Shown: positions 62,896 through 64,000 of the stretch, piece after piece
Position numbering within the stretch: the stretch's first letter is position 1
How the letters are laid out: each line of letters begins with the position of its first letter
NCBI GenBank assembly: GCA_041908445.1
Contig: JAYRFK010000023.1
Coordinates: 7,161-71,160 of the forward strand
Direction: 5' to 3'
Source of the DNA: Acidimicrobiales bacterium
Lineage (GTDB): Bacteria > Actinomycetota > Acidimicrobiia > Acidimicrobiales > DATDAH01
Length of the DNA: 64,000 bases
Made by a program: the position numbers and the translations under genes
Notes under the pieces: model-generated
Databases searched by the model: none
What the model saw: only the letters and a program-made list of their open reading frames with translations
Told to the model about the DNA's origin: nothing

Positions 62896-64000
62896 ATGAG
62901 TGACGCCGCAGACCCGGTCGACGAGGCGGCAGCGGACGAAGATCCGTTCAGCCAGATGGACCCGGCGATGGCCCGGGCCCCCCAACCGGTGTTCCGCGAG
63001 ATGCGGGCCGCCATGCGGGTGCTCCCCATGGAGGGCAGCGTCGTGATCGCCGGCCGCGCGGAGATCGACGAGGCCTTGCGCAACACCGACGTGTTCACCT
63101 CGAACATGTCGGCGGTCGACCTGCAGAACGTCCGGCCGCTGATCCCGCTGCAGATCGACCCGCCCGAGCACAAGCTCTACCGGCGCATCCTCGACCCGCT
63201 CTTCGCGCCCCGAAAGATGGCCGAGCTCGAGGAGCCGGTGAGCGCCCTGGTGAACGAGCTCATCGACGACCTCGGCGAGCGCACCGAGATCGACTTCGCC
63301 GCCGACTTCTCGACCCGGTTCCCCACCCAGGTGTTCCTCACCCTGCTGGGGCTCCCGCTCGAGAACCTCCCGACCTTCCTCGCCATGAAGGACGGCATCA
63401 TCCGCCCGAACCACGTCGTGGGCACCGCCTTCGGCACGCCCGAGGCGGTGGCCCACCAGAAGGCCACGGCCGAGTCGATCTACGCCTACTTCGACGAGGT
63501 GCTCGACGAGCGCGAGCTCGAGCCCCGCGACGACCTGCTGAGCGAGTTCCTCGCCACCGAGGTCGACGGCCGGCGCCTCACCCGCCACGAGATCCTCGAC
63601 ATCTGCTTCCTGTTCCTCATCGCCGGCCTCGACACCGTCACGGCCACGCTCGACTGCATGTTCGCCTTCCTCGCCGAGCACCCCGACCACCGGCGCCAGA
63701 TCGTGGACGACCCCGAGCTCATCCCCTCCGCCGTCGAGGAGATGCTCCGCTGGGAGACCCCGGTCATGGGCATCGTGCGGGCCGCGGTCACCGACAGCGA
63801 GATCGCCGGCTGCCCGGTGAAGCAGGGCGACCACGTCATCGCCCTGCTGGGCTCGGCCAACACCGACGAGCAGTACTTCGACGACGCCGACGAGGTGCGC
63901 TTCGACCGCGAGGTGAACCGCCACATCGCCTTCGGCGGCGGCGTGCACCGCTGCCTCGGCTCCCACCTGGCCCGCCTCGAGCTGCGCATCGCGCTCCGCG
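62896..64000 (+). CDS. cytochrome P450 (C-terminus beyond window end)
   Basis: Own translation from ATG 62896 gives ...LQIDPPEHKLYRRILDPLF..., EEMLRWETP, and the heme loop FGGGVHRCLGSHLARLE just before the window ends. Confidence 0.85.
   Translation, partial: MSDAADPVDEAAADEDPFSQMDPAMARAPQPVFREMRAAMRVLPMEGSVVIAGRAEIDEALRNTDVFTSNMSAVDLQNVRPLIPLQIDPPEHKLYRRILDPLFAPRKMAELEEPVSALVNELIDDLGERTEIDFAADFSTRFPTQVFLTLLGLPLENLPTFLAMKDGIIRPNHVVGTAFGTPEAVAHQKATAESIYAYFDEVLDERELEPRDDLLSEFLATEVDGRRLTRHEILDICFLFLIAGLDTVTATLDCMFAFLAEHPDHRRQIVDDPELIPSAVEEMLRWETPVMGIVRAAVTDSEIAGCPVKQGDHVIALLGSANTDEQYFDDADEVRFDREVNRHIAFGGGVHRCLGSHLARLELRIALR

Overview
This is a very GC-rich, gene-dense 64-kb segment. By eye nearly every third codon position is G/C. 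The protein repertoire looks actinobacterial, possibly Acidimicrobiia-like, but that taxon guess is low confidence and unverified. I support about 53 protein-coding genes, and I see no rRNA, tRNA, CRISPR array, transposase, integrase or prophage genes. Most genes encode CoA-thioester or lipid-type catabolism:
- aldehyde dehydrogenase, thiolases and enoyl-CoA hydratases
- an acyl-CoA dehydrogenase (ACAD) with an APH-type (aminoglycoside-phosphotransferase-like) kinase
- an acyl-CoA synthetase and thioesterases
- three sets of a DUF35 protein with an SCP-x/Ltp-type thiolase
- luciferase-like (LLM) oxidoreductases and amidohydrolase_2 enzymes
- two cytochrome P450s and a WS/DGAT wax-ester/triacylglycerol synthase
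- four TetR regulators

One Liv-type (HAAT family) ABC importer is encoded by two unusual fusion proteins (MFS-LivF and LivH-LivM-LivG). There are four LivK-like lipoprotein binding proteins.

The non-metabolic outlier, and my best candidate for something undescribed, is a three-gene membrane module at 59.7-62.8 kb. It comprises an SPFH-GYF protein, a tail-anchored double zinc-ribbon protein and a TM coiled-coil protein. All three carry polyproline tracts, and the first two ORFs are separated only by an in-frame TGA inside one continuous proline-rich linker.

The regulatory layers visible by eye are:
- two recurring operator-like palindrome families
- a recurrent leaderless-promoter layout (TANNNT 6-8 nt before the start codon)
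- a possible leaderless uORF coupled to the acyl-CoA synthetase gene
- a small family of intergenic hairpin repeats

One MFS exporter gene is broken by a frameshift in a homopolymer run. All family assignments come from reading the translated ORFs. No database search or computation was run.
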